This document shows, in pieces, positions 38,337 through 47,177 of a DNA stretch of 64,000 bases (positions are counted from its first letter, which is position 1; the number at the start of each line of letters is the position of its first letter). The stretch covers positions 1 through 64,000 of IMG/VR virus record IMGVR_UViG_3300030329_005540; one strand, 5' to 3'. The DNA comes from a virus. Both the position numbers and the translations under genes were made by a program. The notes beneath the pieces were generated by a model, which was not told the DNA's origin, ran no database searches, and saw only the letters and a list, made by a program, of their open reading frames with translations.

Positions 38337-38591
38337 TTATTCTGCTTCTTCTTCGCCTTCTTCGGGCTCGATGAAAGACGCTACTAGGGACTCCACGTTG
38401 ACTTCTTCCATAGTTTTGGACCAAGTACCTACATAGTTTTGTAGTGCGAGAAGCTCTGTCACAGTATCGCATTGCGAATGAGCAACAGGCGTACCGTCAG
38501 CATCAATAGTAAACAAAATAAATCCGCCGTTAGAACATTCATTAATTTGATCTAACGTCTTTTGTGGGAATGTAAAATTTTTATCACTCAC
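38337..38591 (-). CDS. Hypothetical protein (acidic tail)
   Basis: 84-aa ORF preceded by a GTGTAAAT motif. Confidence 0.65.
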   Translation of the reverse strand: MSDKNFTFPQKTLDQINECSNGGFILFTIDADGTPVAHSQCDTVTELLALQNYVGTWSKTMEEVNVESLVASFIEPEEGEEEAE

Positions 38592-38597
38592 AATAGT

Positions 38598-38605
38598 ATT
38601 TACAC
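38598..38605 (-). promoter_or_regulatory. GTGTAAAT putative late-promoter motif
   Basis: 6 nt before the GTG at 38591. Confidence 0.55.
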
Positions 38606-38607
38606 TA

Positions 38608-39024
38608 TTATAGTGTCACATCAAAATGCTTTTCAAAGAATTCTTTGTTTAGTTTATTAAGTTCACCCTCGTTTATTTCAATTAATTTAAATCCATTTTT
38701 ATCAAGCCAAGAAGCTTTTTCAAAGTCTCGTTTTATTGCTTTCAAATACTCTAATCTAGAATTATTATGAAAGAATTTATTGAACTCTGTATGCTGACGA
38801 CCCTGAACTTCTACCGCGATTTTCTTAGTGGCGTTGAGTATATCTACCGTCATGCGTGAGCCATAAACAGGAAACTCTTCGTAAACGATATGGTTCTTCC
38901 AAAATTGTTTAAGAAATTGTTTTACTTGAAATTGTATTTTAGAACGAGATTTAGCATCCCATTTTATGAGATACTTAGTAACCTTTCGGCTTTGGGGTCT
39001 ACCGTGTATATTGATTAATCTCAT
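38608..39024 (-). CDS. DUF559/Vsr-like PD-(D/E)XK endonuclease
   Basis: YEEFPV...TVDIL...KIAVEVQGRQH...RDFEKASWLDKNGFKLIEI. Confidence 0.75.
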   Translation of the reverse strand: MRLINIHGRPQSRKVTKYLIKWDAKSRSKIQFQVKQFLKQFWKNHIVYEEFPVYGSRMTVDILNATKKIAVEVQGRQHTEFNKFFHNNSRLEYLKAIKRDFEKASWLDKNGFKLIEINEGELNKLNKEFFEKHFDVTL

Positions 39025-39716
39025 TATTTACCCGTGAAGAAAGCTGGAGCTAAAACTTTTTCAGCTAAGTATATAGAGAAATCATTATCGCTTGGGAAAT
39101 GGACTCCTTCATAGATTCTGGAATCCGCCACCATTTTAGCGGCTTGCAAGAATTGATTCTTAAAAGCTGGATACATATTAGAGCAAATAAAAGCTGCAAA
39201 ATATGCAGATAATGTGTGTCCGCTTGGATAGGACGGAGTGCTTGCTGTGCCTTTTTGGATGGCGTCGTTATATTTTATATCGATGCCGTGATGAGGGGCT
39301 AGTTGATACGGTCTAGGTCTGTTATAATATAGTTTTAACTTCATCGCCAATGTATCAGAATCCTGCATAACTAGCCTTCTGATATCGTCATCCGGAATCT
39401 TTTCTCCAATTAGCTTTTCGTGCAGATCGTATACGAATCCAGCAGGGGCAGCATCCATCTTTTCAAGACTAGAAGTAAAATCCTTAGAATGTTTTTTTTG
39501 TTCTATGAATTTTTTAATATATAAAAGCTCCTGCTTGGTTTGCTCACTTGAATTCGAAGGTGGCGGCATTTTCAGCAGATTTTCGATGCTTATGTCTAAG
39601 TGGACGAGCTTTCTCTCGGAATAGTCTTTGCGAGGATTTTTACCATCATAAACTAACTCGTCTAGTTTTTTAGCCTTAATATCCTCAGAAAAATCTATTT
39701 CGAAATTTTGCTTCAT
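39024..39716 (-). CDS. PAP2-superfamily phosphatase / vanadium haloperoxidase-like protein
   Basis: The three PAP2 motifs: KLYYNRPRP, PSYPSGH, SRIYEGVHFPSD. Confidence 0.85.
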   Translation of the reverse strand: MKQNFEIDFSEDIKAKKLDELVYDGKNPRKDYSERKLVHLDISIENLLKMPPPSNSSEQTKQELLYIKKFIEQKKHSKDFTSSLEKMDAAPAGFVYDLHEKLIGEKIPDDDIRRLVMQDSDTLAMKLKLYYNRPRPYQLAPHHGIDIKYNDAIQKGTASTPSYPSGHTLSAYFAAFICSNMYPAFKNQFLQAAKMVADSRIYEGVHFPSDNDFSIYLAEKVLAPAFFTGK

Positions 39717-39733
39717 TTTTAATCCTTTTATAG

Positions 39734-39741
39734 ATTTACAC
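39734..39741 (-). promoter_or_regulatory. GTGTAAAT putative late-promoter motif
   Basis: Lies between the tmRNA 3' end and the PAP2 gene, followed by SD AAAGGA. Confidence 0.55.
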
Positions 39742-39748
39742 TTAAAAT

Positions 39749-40156
39749 TGGTGGAGGCGGCGGGAATCGAACCCGCGTCTTTAGAACCATCGGCCTAAAT
39801 ATGCTACAAGCTTATCCGGTTTAATACGATACGTGTCTGAAACCGGCAACTTCACGTAAAGTTTGGTCTATCTTTTTTTAAACTACTGGAGACTCAACCA
39901 GACTCAACCAGTGTTTTGCTCGTTATCGACGCCCTAGCTCCTTAACGAGCATCCAGAGTAGGACGGGTAGCTACGCAGCTACAGCAGCCTCTTCAGCCCA
40001 ACCAAACTGAGCGAGAATCGCATCAGCTTCGTCAAGCGAAGGAGCCATATCAACATTATTGGCAGTTGAATACCTTGATAGATGATTTAAGAGGCCGACT
40101 ATCATCCTCTGCTTGCAATTCGGCGTAAGACCCCAAATCGAATCCAGTACGCCCCC
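39749..40156 (-). ncRNA. ssrA: tmRNA (one-piece, 408 nt)
   Basis: 5' GGGGGCGTACTGGATTCGA. 3' T-arm GCGGGTTCGATTCCCGC plus CGCCTCCACCA with an encoded CCA. G3.U70 alanine identity pair. Pseudoknot pairings (GAGG/CCTC with TGATAG/CTATCA; TGCTCGTTA/TAACGAGCA). Tag frame 40063-39971 ends ...AAVAA*. Confidence 0.96.
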
Positions 40157-40176
40157 ATATAAAATTCTACACTTAT

Positions 40177-40851
40177 TTATTTAATTTTCAATTCTTTTTT
40201 CGTTTTACGCGCAAGATCATTGTTGGCCCAAACACCATTTAATTGCTCTGGCCATTTTTCAGGATCATAGTCGTGTCTTTTTACTGAGTTTTTATGGTTG
40301 CTTATAACTTGTAAATTATCTTGATGATGCGCCCCTCCTTTGGCTAAAGGTATTATATGATCCACTACATATTTTCTACCTGCTTTAGAAGATCGGCGGC
40401 GAGCATCCTCGTAAAAGGCTTTCATTTTTTCTTCGTCTGAATCAGGCAGTATGGCGTTGATTTTTATAGCCGCTCTCTTTTTTGCCAAAGCGTTCATTAA
40501 TGGCCTATTGTTTTTTTTATAATTAGAATTATACTCGGCAACGTGATCAGCATTTTTTCCGCGCCATTTTTTCATGGACTTAGCTCGTTCTTTACTGTTC
40601 TTTTTCCTATATTCTTTTACCCTCTCTTTGTTTTTTTCACACCAAATTCGACAATATTCTCTATTTTTTTTTCTATTTTCAGGCCTTGCGTTGTACGCCC
40701 TTCTGCGGGCACGTACTTTTTCTTTTTTCTCTTCTGGTAAACTATGAAACCTTTCACGATCCTGTTTTGCTCGGCATGAGCCACAGGTCGCTCTGTGTTT
40801 TCCGAATTTCGAAGTAGGCTTTTCTTCTTTGCATCTACGACAAATCTTCAT
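40177..40851 (-). CDS. HNH endonuclease (putative homing)
   Basis: N-terminal CxxC...CxxC, basic helical linker, and YVVDHIIPLAKGGAHHQDNLQVISNHKNSVK. Confidence 0.88.
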   Translation of the reverse strand: MKICRRCKEEKPTSKFGKHRATCGSCRAKQDRERFHSLPEEKKEKVRARRRAYNARPENRKKNREYCRIWCEKNKERVKEYRKKNSKERAKSMKKWRGKNADHVAEYNSNYKKNNRPLMNALAKKRAAIKINAILPDSDEEKMKAFYEDARRRSSKAGRKYVVDHIIPLAKGGAHHQDNLQVISNHKNSVKRHDYDPEKWPEQLNGVWANNDLARKTKKELKIK

Positions 40852-40852
40852 A

Positions 40853-41947
40853 TCAAGATTTCTTTAAAGTGTCTCTAAATTTATTAAACAAATACTTGCC
40901 AATTTCTTTATTCTCTTCGAAGTATTTTCTAAGGTTATCAATACCTTGGTGCTGTTGTTTAAACTCTAAGCCGGTTTCTTGTTTGACCTCTTCGATAAGT
41001 TCTTCTGAAACAGTCACCCAAGCACCAGCCTTTTTAGCCATGTCCCAAGCGAGCATCATATCAACTACCTCGTACTCCACCCAAATACTTTTACCGCCGA
41101 CGCGGCCATAGCGAATAGGGTATCTTACTTCTATCCCCGTTTTTTCATTTGCGCTTTTACGGAAAACTACTTTACAATAATGACCAAGGTGATCGCCCTT
41201 ACCATTCGGCTGAGTAGTGATTAAATCTTTTACGTAGCGAGGCTGAAACTCTAAAATCCAATCACTGTAATGTAATATTGCGTTGCCTCCAGAAGCATTG
41301 GTCAATCTTGGGTCAGTTTTTTCATACGGGTTAATACTAACTTTGCTTCTAACTTGAGAAATCATATAACAAATATGTCCTCGGGTAGCTAAACCCAACG
41401 CCATTCTTTTTAGGAAGTCCGATGTCAAAAGAGAACCGCCAGCTACTTTAACTGCTTCGTCAGACCCTTTTTCTAAATCACCTCTGGGAACCAAAGCATC
41501 CATAGAGTCAATGATAAACATGTATCTTGTATCAGAAGGATTATCTTTGACCATCTGCCGAATAAAATCAATAACGGTTTCGTAAACATTGCATTTGAAC
41601 ACGAACCACTTATTTTCATCTGTATCTACTCCCGATCTCTCTACCATATCTGTAGACAGTCTTCCTTCGGACTTGATGTAGACGACCATAGAGTTATCCA
41701 TTTTTTGAAAGTTGCGGGCAAAGGATAACGAGCACGAAGTCTTTCCTCCTTCTGCTACTCCTGAAGCTCTAATTATTCCGGGTTTAATACCGCCGCCCAT
41801 TTCAATGTCCATTAAAAGGCTGCCGCTGGATATAGTATATTCTCTCTCTTCTTCGAAATTATAATGATCCCCTTTATGTTCTTTGAGGTACGCTTGAATT
41901 TGCTCTAGGGGAGAGGTCGATACGGTCTCTGTTTTCTTTTTTCTCAT
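40853..41947 (-). CDS. recA: RecA/UvsX-like recombinase
   Basis: ISSGSLLMDIEMGGG, Walker A GVAEGGKTS, Walker B FIIDSMDALVP, ISQVR, SGGNAILHYS, KKAGAWV. Confidence 0.9.
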   Translation of the reverse strand: MRKKKTETVSTSPLEQIQAYLKEHKGDHYNFEEEREYTISSGSLLMDIEMGGGIKPGIIRASGVAEGGKTSCSLSFARNFQKMDNSMVVYIKSEGRLSTDMVERSGVDTDENKWFVFKCNVYETVIDFIRQMVKDNPSDTRYMFIIDSMDALVPRGDLEKGSDEAVKVAGGSLLTSDFLKRMALGLATRGHICYMISQVRSKVSINPYEKTDPRLTNASGGNAILHYSDWILEFQPRYVKDLITTQPNGKGDHLGHYCKVVFRKSANEKTGIEVRYPIRYGRVGGKSIWVEYEVVDMMLAWDMAKKAGAWVTVSEELIEEVKQETGLEFKQQHQGIDNLRKYFEENKEIGKYLFNKFRDTLKKS

Positions 41948-42300
41948 TTTAAAAAGTCTAATAGATTTTTGGGTTTGGATTCTATCTGTTTATCTTCTCC
42001 TACTTTTTCGTCGCCTAACTGAAAAACGACGGGATCAAACCCTTTTAGGTCAATATTTTTTTTGTATTTAATTAAATACGTCTTACCTTCGTCGCTTAAA
42101 AACCAAGCAAGACTATTCAACTTAAAGGGAAGATACAGTTTTGTCCAGAACTTTTCTTCAGAAATATACTCAAACAACTTTTTAGCGATTGCCATCTCGC
42201 GTTTAACAACGCCGCGATTATTCCACACCTTTTCCGGCTCTTTGCAGAACTTGGAAATTAATCTTTGATATTTATTGGGCCTCCGCTTGGATTTTCGCAT
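41944..42300 (-). CDS. Hypothetical basic protein
   Basis: 118-aa ORF, ATGA-coupled to recA. Confidence 0.65.
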   Translation of the reverse strand: MRKSKRRPNKYQRLISKFCKEPEKVWNNRGVVKREMAIAKKLFEYISEEKFWTKLYLPFKLNSLAWFLSDEGKTYLIKYKKNIDLKGFDPVVFQLGDEKVGEDKQIESKPKNLLDFLK

Positions 42301-43361
42301 TGTAAATCATATTTTACCATACGCTTTACAAGATCGTCAAATGAAATTTTCGGCCTCCACCCTAATTCAGACATGGCTTCGCTTGGGTCTCCCCATAATA
42401 AATCAACTTCAGCGGGTCGATAAAACTCAGAATTAACCTTGACCAAGGTATATTTATGTGGCCCCGCCAATCTGACATATTTTTCCTCTAAGCCTTCTCC
42501 CTCCCAATCACATGGCCCGAATCCGGCGGCAGCAAAAGCTTTTTCTACAAATTCTCTGATAGAATGAGTCTCTCCGCTAGCTAAAAGATAATCTTTAGGA
42601 TCGTCTTGATTGAGCATCAACCAAATACCCTTTACGAAATCTTCGCTGTCGCTCCAATCTCTTTTCGCGTCTAAATTGCCTAATTCAATTGTGCTATGTT
42701 TTTTACACTGACCTTTTCTATCGCTCCAAGTTCTGCTAAAGTTGTTAATTTGAAAAAATAATTTAGCCACGCCTTTGGAAATTTTTCTAGTAACGAACTC
42801 TTCGCCACGCTTTGTGCCTTCGTGGTTGAACAAAAGGCCATGAACTGCGTACATATCATAAGACTCTCGGTATACTTTAACAAGGTGAGCCGCCGCGCAT
42901 TTAGATGCCCCATAAGGACTGCGAGGTTTCATTGGGTGCTTCATGTCTTGGGGGGAATAGTCTACGTCGCCAAATTGTTCACTGCTCCCTGCGCTATAAA
43001 ATCTACAATCTGGTTTATACTTGCGGATTGCTTCTAAGCAGCGTATGACTCCTCCGGTATTAGTGTCCAATACGTGAAGAGGCATATCCCAGCTACATCC
43101 AACAAAAGAATTTGCTGCGAAATTGATAAAATAATCAGGTTGAATTTCTTGAACTAATTTGTCTATACTAATTTCATCGGTTAGGTCTCCATAAACTAAC
43201 TGAAAATTTTCATCATCTAAGAAACTCTTACAGTTGACGAAGTTCGGGTTAGAGCTTCTTCTAATCATGCCGAATACCTTATGACCCCTATCTCTAAGGA
43301 GGTACTCGCACATATTCGCCCCGTCTTGGCCCGTTATACCTGTAACTAAAACTTTTCTCAT
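42258..43361 (-). CDS. gmd: GDP-mannose 4,6-dehydratase
   Basis: VTGITGQDG, YGDLTD, PRSPYGASK, LFNHEG, EFVTRKI, LGNLDAKRDW, YRPAEVDLL. Confidence 0.96.
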   Translation of the reverse strand: MRKVLVTGITGQDGANMCEYLLRDRGHKVFGMIRRSSNPNFVNCKSFLDDENFQLVYGDLTDEISIDKLVQEIQPDYFINFAANSFVGCSWDMPLHVLDTNTGGVIRCLEAIRKYKPDCRFYSAGSSEQFGDVDYSPQDMKHPMKPRSPYGASKCAAAHLVKVYRESYDMYAVHGLLFNHEGTKRGEEFVTRKISKGVAKLFFQINNFSRTWSDRKGQCKKHSTIELGNLDAKRDWSDSEDFVKGIWLMLNQDDPKDYLLASGETHSIREFVEKAFAAAGFGPCDWEGEGLEEKYVRLAGPHKYTLVKVNSEFYRPAEVDLLWGDPSEAMSELGWRPKISFDDLVKRMVKYDLQCENPSGGPINIKD

Positions 43362-44323
43362 ACGCTTCTTATTTTATTAATGTTATCTTTATACCAATTA
43401 TAAGTGCTGACAAGTCCATCTTCTAAAGAGATTTTATGCTTCCAACCTAATTTATTTATCCTTTGATTATCTAGTACTCTTTTAAGGGTTCCGTCAGGTT
43501 TCGATAAATCGAATGTAATTTCGCCCTCGTATCCAACTGTCTTTGCTATTAGATGGGATAGGTTTTTGATAGAAATTTCTTCTCCCGTTCCGATGTTAAG
43601 TTGAGAAATACCCTGAGAATAGATATCTTTAGCTGATACATTTTCGAGAGCGTAAACACACGCATCAGCTAAATCGTCTACATGCATAAACTCTCTCATG
43701 GCTTCGCCAGTGCCCCAAACCTCGACGCTGGGAGCGCCTGATTCTTTCGCCTCGTGAAATCTTCTGATGAGAGCCGGGAGAACGTGTGAGTTTTCCGGGT
43801 GGAAATTATCGTTCTCGCCATATAAATTCGCGGGCATAACAGAAAAGAAGTCTTTTTCGTACTGTTTGTAATAGCTCTCGCACATCTTTATACCAGCGAT
43901 CTTAGCGATGGCGTAAGGCTCGTTGGTTGGTTCGAGAGGAGACCTAAGTAAATACTCTTCTCTAATAGGCTGATCTGTAAATTTTGGATAAATACAAACG
44001 CTACCCAAAAAGAGTAGCTTTTTAACCCCTAGCTCATAACTAGAATTAATTAAATTATTTTGTATTTGTAAATTTTCATAAATAAAATCTGCGCGGTATA
44101 CGTTATTGGCGTGAATGCCACCGACTTTCGCAGCAGCGTCAATCACGATATCAGGCTGGCAACTCCAAAGATAACGATAGACTCCTTCTTGATCAAGGAG
44201 GTTAAGCTCTCCTCTAGTTTGAGTCATGACATTATTGTATCCCTTGGACTTAAGCCGTCTAAGGATAGCAGACCCCACCATCCCACGATGGCCCGCTACA
44301 AATATTTTATCTTCTTTATTCAT
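43358..44323 (-). CDS. fcl: GDP-L-fucose synthase
   Basis: AGHRGMVGSA, AAAKVGGIHAN, LEPTNEPYAIAKIAG, SHVLPAL, KPDGT. Confidence 0.96.
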   Translation of the reverse strand: MNKEDKIFVAGHRGMVGSAILRRLKSKGYNNVMTQTRGELNLLDQEGVYRYLWSCQPDIVIDAAAKVGGIHANNVYRADFIYENLQIQNNLINSSYELGVKKLLFLGSVCIYPKFTDQPIREEYLLRSPLEPTNEPYAIAKIAGIKMCESYYKQYEKDFFSVMPANLYGENDNFHPENSHVLPALIRRFHEAKESGAPSVEVWGTGEAMREFMHVDDLADACVYALENVSAKDIYSQGISQLNIGTGEEISIKNLSHLIAKTVGYEGEITFDLSKPDGTLKRVLDNQRINKLGWKHKISLEDGLVSTYNWYKDNINKIRSV

Positions 44324-44324
44324 A

Positions 44325-45278
44325 TCAACGAGACAATATTCCTTCTATTGTTTTAACATAATTAGGTACAATTACTTCCCAACTAAAATTATCTTCTGCA
44401 TATTTTCTAATATCTTTTCTCATAGAAATAGATTTTTGTCTATTTAATGCTATTGTTTTTCGTATAAAGTCTTCGTCTTGGATTTTATCTTCTGGAATTA
44501 CATCAATAAATGGTAAATTAGTATCTAAGTTAGCCGTTGTGTATTCCGATATAACCAAACCCAACCCCGCCATCAATCCTTCTAGACATGACAATGAATG
44601 AGCTTCCCCATCGCTTAATAAAATCATGTTTGCATAATTAGTTAAATTATTATATAAATATTCTTTATCCCATTCACCTAAATATTCTGGGCTATTAATA
44701 TCAAATCTATCATCTGCATGATTTCCGGCGAAATCAATATTCATCGCCTTACCTTGGAATAAATGCTGCCTTTTTCTGTAGTCTATTTTAGCGAGGTATA
44801 TTGACGTATTTGGTTTAGAGCAGTTTTCGTCAAATCTAAACAGATCGTTTCTGGCTCCGTTGGGCGTGACAAAAACATTTTCCTCTGGTATGCCTTTGAG
44901 CAGCATAAAGGTTTTTTTAATGCCTTCTGAAAGAGCAAAAACGTAACAAGGAACTCGGTTATAATAGTTAAAGACCTGAGAATAAGCGCCGTGCTTCGCG
45001 GGCTGCTCTAGATATGCGTAATGACATGTCGCCGCTTTATGTGGACACTTCAGGTAGTCTAACAGCGGAAGATAATCATCGTATTGTAAATGTACAAAAT
45101 GAGGGTTGAAAGAATTAACATCCTTGATGACCTCGGTTAAATCAGGCTTGTTAAAGATCGCTACCTCATGCCCTAGATCGAGAAGTCCCTCTGAATAATC
45201 CCAGATTAAAGACTCAATTGCGCCCCAGCCTTTCGGCGGGATAGGCATCAGACCCGGCCCTATTATACCTATCTTCAT
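44325..45278 (-). CDS. Glycosyltransferase, GT4-like (paralogue 1)
   Basis: PIPPKGWGAIE, PNG, KIDYRKRQ, EAHSLSCLEGLMAG, FSW. Confidence 0.8.
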   Translation of the reverse strand: MKIGIIGPGLMPIPPKGWGAIESLIWDYSEGLLDLGHEVAIFNKPDLTEVIKDVNSFNPHFVHLQYDDYLPLLDYLKCPHKAATCHYAYLEQPAKHGAYSQVFNYYNRVPCYVFALSEGIKKTFMLLKGIPEENVFVTPNGARNDLFRFDENCSKPNTSIYLAKIDYRKRQHLFQGKAMNIDFAGNHADDRFDINSPEYLGEWDKEYLYNNLTNYANMILLSDGEAHSLSCLEGLMAGLGLVISEYTTANLDTNLPFIDVIPEDKIQDEDFIRKTIALNRQKSISMRKDIRKYAEDNFSWEVIVPNYVKTIEGILSR

Positions 45279-46210
45279 TTACCTAAAATCCCTTCGTATT
45301 TCTTCATGATATTAGACCAATCAAAATTATCTATTGCGTATTGTCTAATTTCTGAGCGCATTGCTAAAGAGGTCACTCTATTTTCTTCTATGGCGCTTCT
45401 CAAGTAATCAACGTCATTTACTTTTTCTTCTGGAATTACTGTGATAAATGGTAGATCGGTGTCTAAATTAGCGTGAGCAAATTCTGAAAGAACCAGACCC
45501 AAGCCCGATGCTAACGCCTCTATTCCTACTACCGGATGAGCTTCAGCAGTACTTAGCAGCACCATATTCGCGTATTCAGTAAGCCCTTCGTATATCTGTT
45601 TTTTTGTAAGCTCGCCAATATATTCACCCTCGGCGGGATTAAAGCTTTGGTCGTGTACTCCTCCTGCAAAATGGATACCCAAGCCCTTGTCCTGTACTAA
45701 GGTTTGTCGTTTGCGTGGTTCAATTTTAGCTAAATAAATTGATTTACAAGGATATTTTATATTATCTTCTTTGAAGTTGTACAGCTTCGAGTCAACCCCA
45801 TTAGGTAATACAATTACTTGATCTGAATCACACCCCCTTTCAATAAAAGCATTCTTAATCCCCTCTGAAAGCGCTACAATTTTACACCCGCTGTCCTTGC
45901 AATCAGTATAAATCCAAGTATATTGGGGCTCTGGATTTTCTAAAAAAGGATAATGGCTAGTAACAAATTTGTTTGGGCATTCAATATGATTCATCAGATG
46001 CGCGTAGGCGTCGTAATGAAGGTGAACGGCGTCGTAGTCTTTCGAATTAGCTTGTTTTACGATCTCGTTTAAGTCTTTTGTGTTGATTATGTCAACATCG
46101 TGGCCGTTCTCAACTAGCTTGTTTCTATAATCCCATATTAATATCTCTACCGCGCCCCATGAAGTCGGGGGAATAGGCATCATTCCGGGGCCAATCAGCG
46201 CAATTTTCAT
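45275..46210 (-). CDS. Glycosyltransferase, GT4-like (paralogue 2)
   Basis: PIPPTSWGAVE, PNGVD, KIEPRKRQ, EAHPVVGIEALASG, FDW. Confidence 0.8.
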   Translation of the reverse strand: MKIALIGPGMMPIPPTSWGAVEILIWDYRNKLVENGHDVDIINTKDLNEIVKQANSKDYDAVHLHYDAYAHLMNHIECPNKFVTSHYPFLENPEPQYTWIYTDCKDSGCKIVALSEGIKNAFIERGCDSDQVIVLPNGVDSKLYNFKEDNIKYPCKSIYLAKIEPRKRQTLVQDKGLGIHFAGGVHDQSFNPAEGEYIGELTKKQIYEGLTEYANMVLLSTAEAHPVVGIEALASGLGLVLSEFAHANLDTDLPFITVIPEEKVNDVDYLRSAIEENRVTSLAMRSEIRQYAIDNFDWSNIMKKYEGILGK

Positions 46211-46211
46211 T

Positions 46212-47177
46212 TTATAAAGTTATTTTAAGCCATTCTTTTAAAATGGCTAGTTCTTTCTTTTGTACGATGTCGTGTAAGTATAAATTGTTATAAAGTCCTA
46301 ATAAATCTTCAGGTTTTTGAGGATGAAAATCTTTTAAAATTTTAATAACCTTCGGGGTGTGAAGATATACGGGGATTTCGTCAATAAAATCATCGAAAAA
46401 TTCATGAGCATTTCGTTCCTGATACACCGTAGCGTGGTTATGACCTATTCTGCCTCCGTGCATCCAAATCATTTTTTGAGCTACGTAAGAACGTAAAATG
46501 TCGCAGTATCTAAATGCGACGGTGCATGGTACATATAAATTATAGAACGTCTCTGGGCTTATCCAGATAGTATTCTGAGTATTAAACGGCGCGTAAACTT
46601 CTTCACCTAAAACAATTTGCTTTCTTGTTTTAAATTTTACTTTATTGTTTCTAGTTAGTCTATAAATTGCATCTACATCAGGCTCAATGTCCGCTAACCC
46701 CTGCCAAACATGAACGGGTGCGTCATTCTCTTCATAGACATGTCGCTGTCTCTTATTAACTAAACTTAAGTCGTACCCACGCGGCCATATTTTTTTGCTT
46801 GTAAATTCTTTTAAAGTATTTGGCCTTTCGGGTGACACCAGCACCTTGCTAGTAGAATATTTTTCATAGTTACCCCAGCTTTTATAAGGTATGTTGTCGT
46901 CATCAGTCTCCGCTATGATTTTGTATCCATTTTGAATCGCGTATAAATACCCTAAATTTTTGCGGCAATAATGATTGTTGGGTATTAACTTAGATAACTT
47001 TGAAGAGACTTCTTCTTGCTCCTCCAAGCCTAGAAAAGTTAAGTCGTTTCTTTGACGGTAGCTGCTCTCGCTTGTTTTTAAGTCTCCGACAACAATTAAA
47101 TCATATTCGCTTTTAGCGAAAGCCTCTATACATTTATTGGGCTCATTTATTGTTGTGATTATAATGCACTTTTTCAT
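46212..47177 (-). CDS. STELLO-like (DUF288) glycosyltransferase
   Basis: IITTIN.P, VVGDLKT, RKNLGYLYAI, TDDDN, WPRG, QGLAD.EPDVDAIYRL, PFNTQNT, FRYCDILRSY, QERNAH. Confidence 0.8.
   Translation of the reverse strand: MKKCIIITTINEPNKCIEAFAKSEYDLIVVGDLKTSESSYRQRNDLTFLGLEEQEEVSSKLSKLIPNNHYCRKNLGYLYAIQNGYKIIAETDDDNIPYKSWGNYEKYSTSKVLVSPERPNTLKEFTSKKIWPRGYDLSLVNKRQRHVYEENDAPVHVWQGLADIEPDVDAIYRLTRNNKVKFKTRKQIVLGEEVYAPFNTQNTIWISPETFYNLYVPCTVAFRYCDILRSYVAQKMIWMHGGRIGHNHATVYQERNAHEFFDDFIDEIPVYLHTPKVIKILKDFHPQKPEDLLGLYNNLYLHDIVQKKELAILKEWLKITL

Noticed and set aside
39749-39781. tRNA gene suggested by T-arm and CCA end
   Set aside because: No anticodon/D arms adjacent. The matching 5' acceptor strand is ~400 nt away, so this is the tmRNA 3' end.
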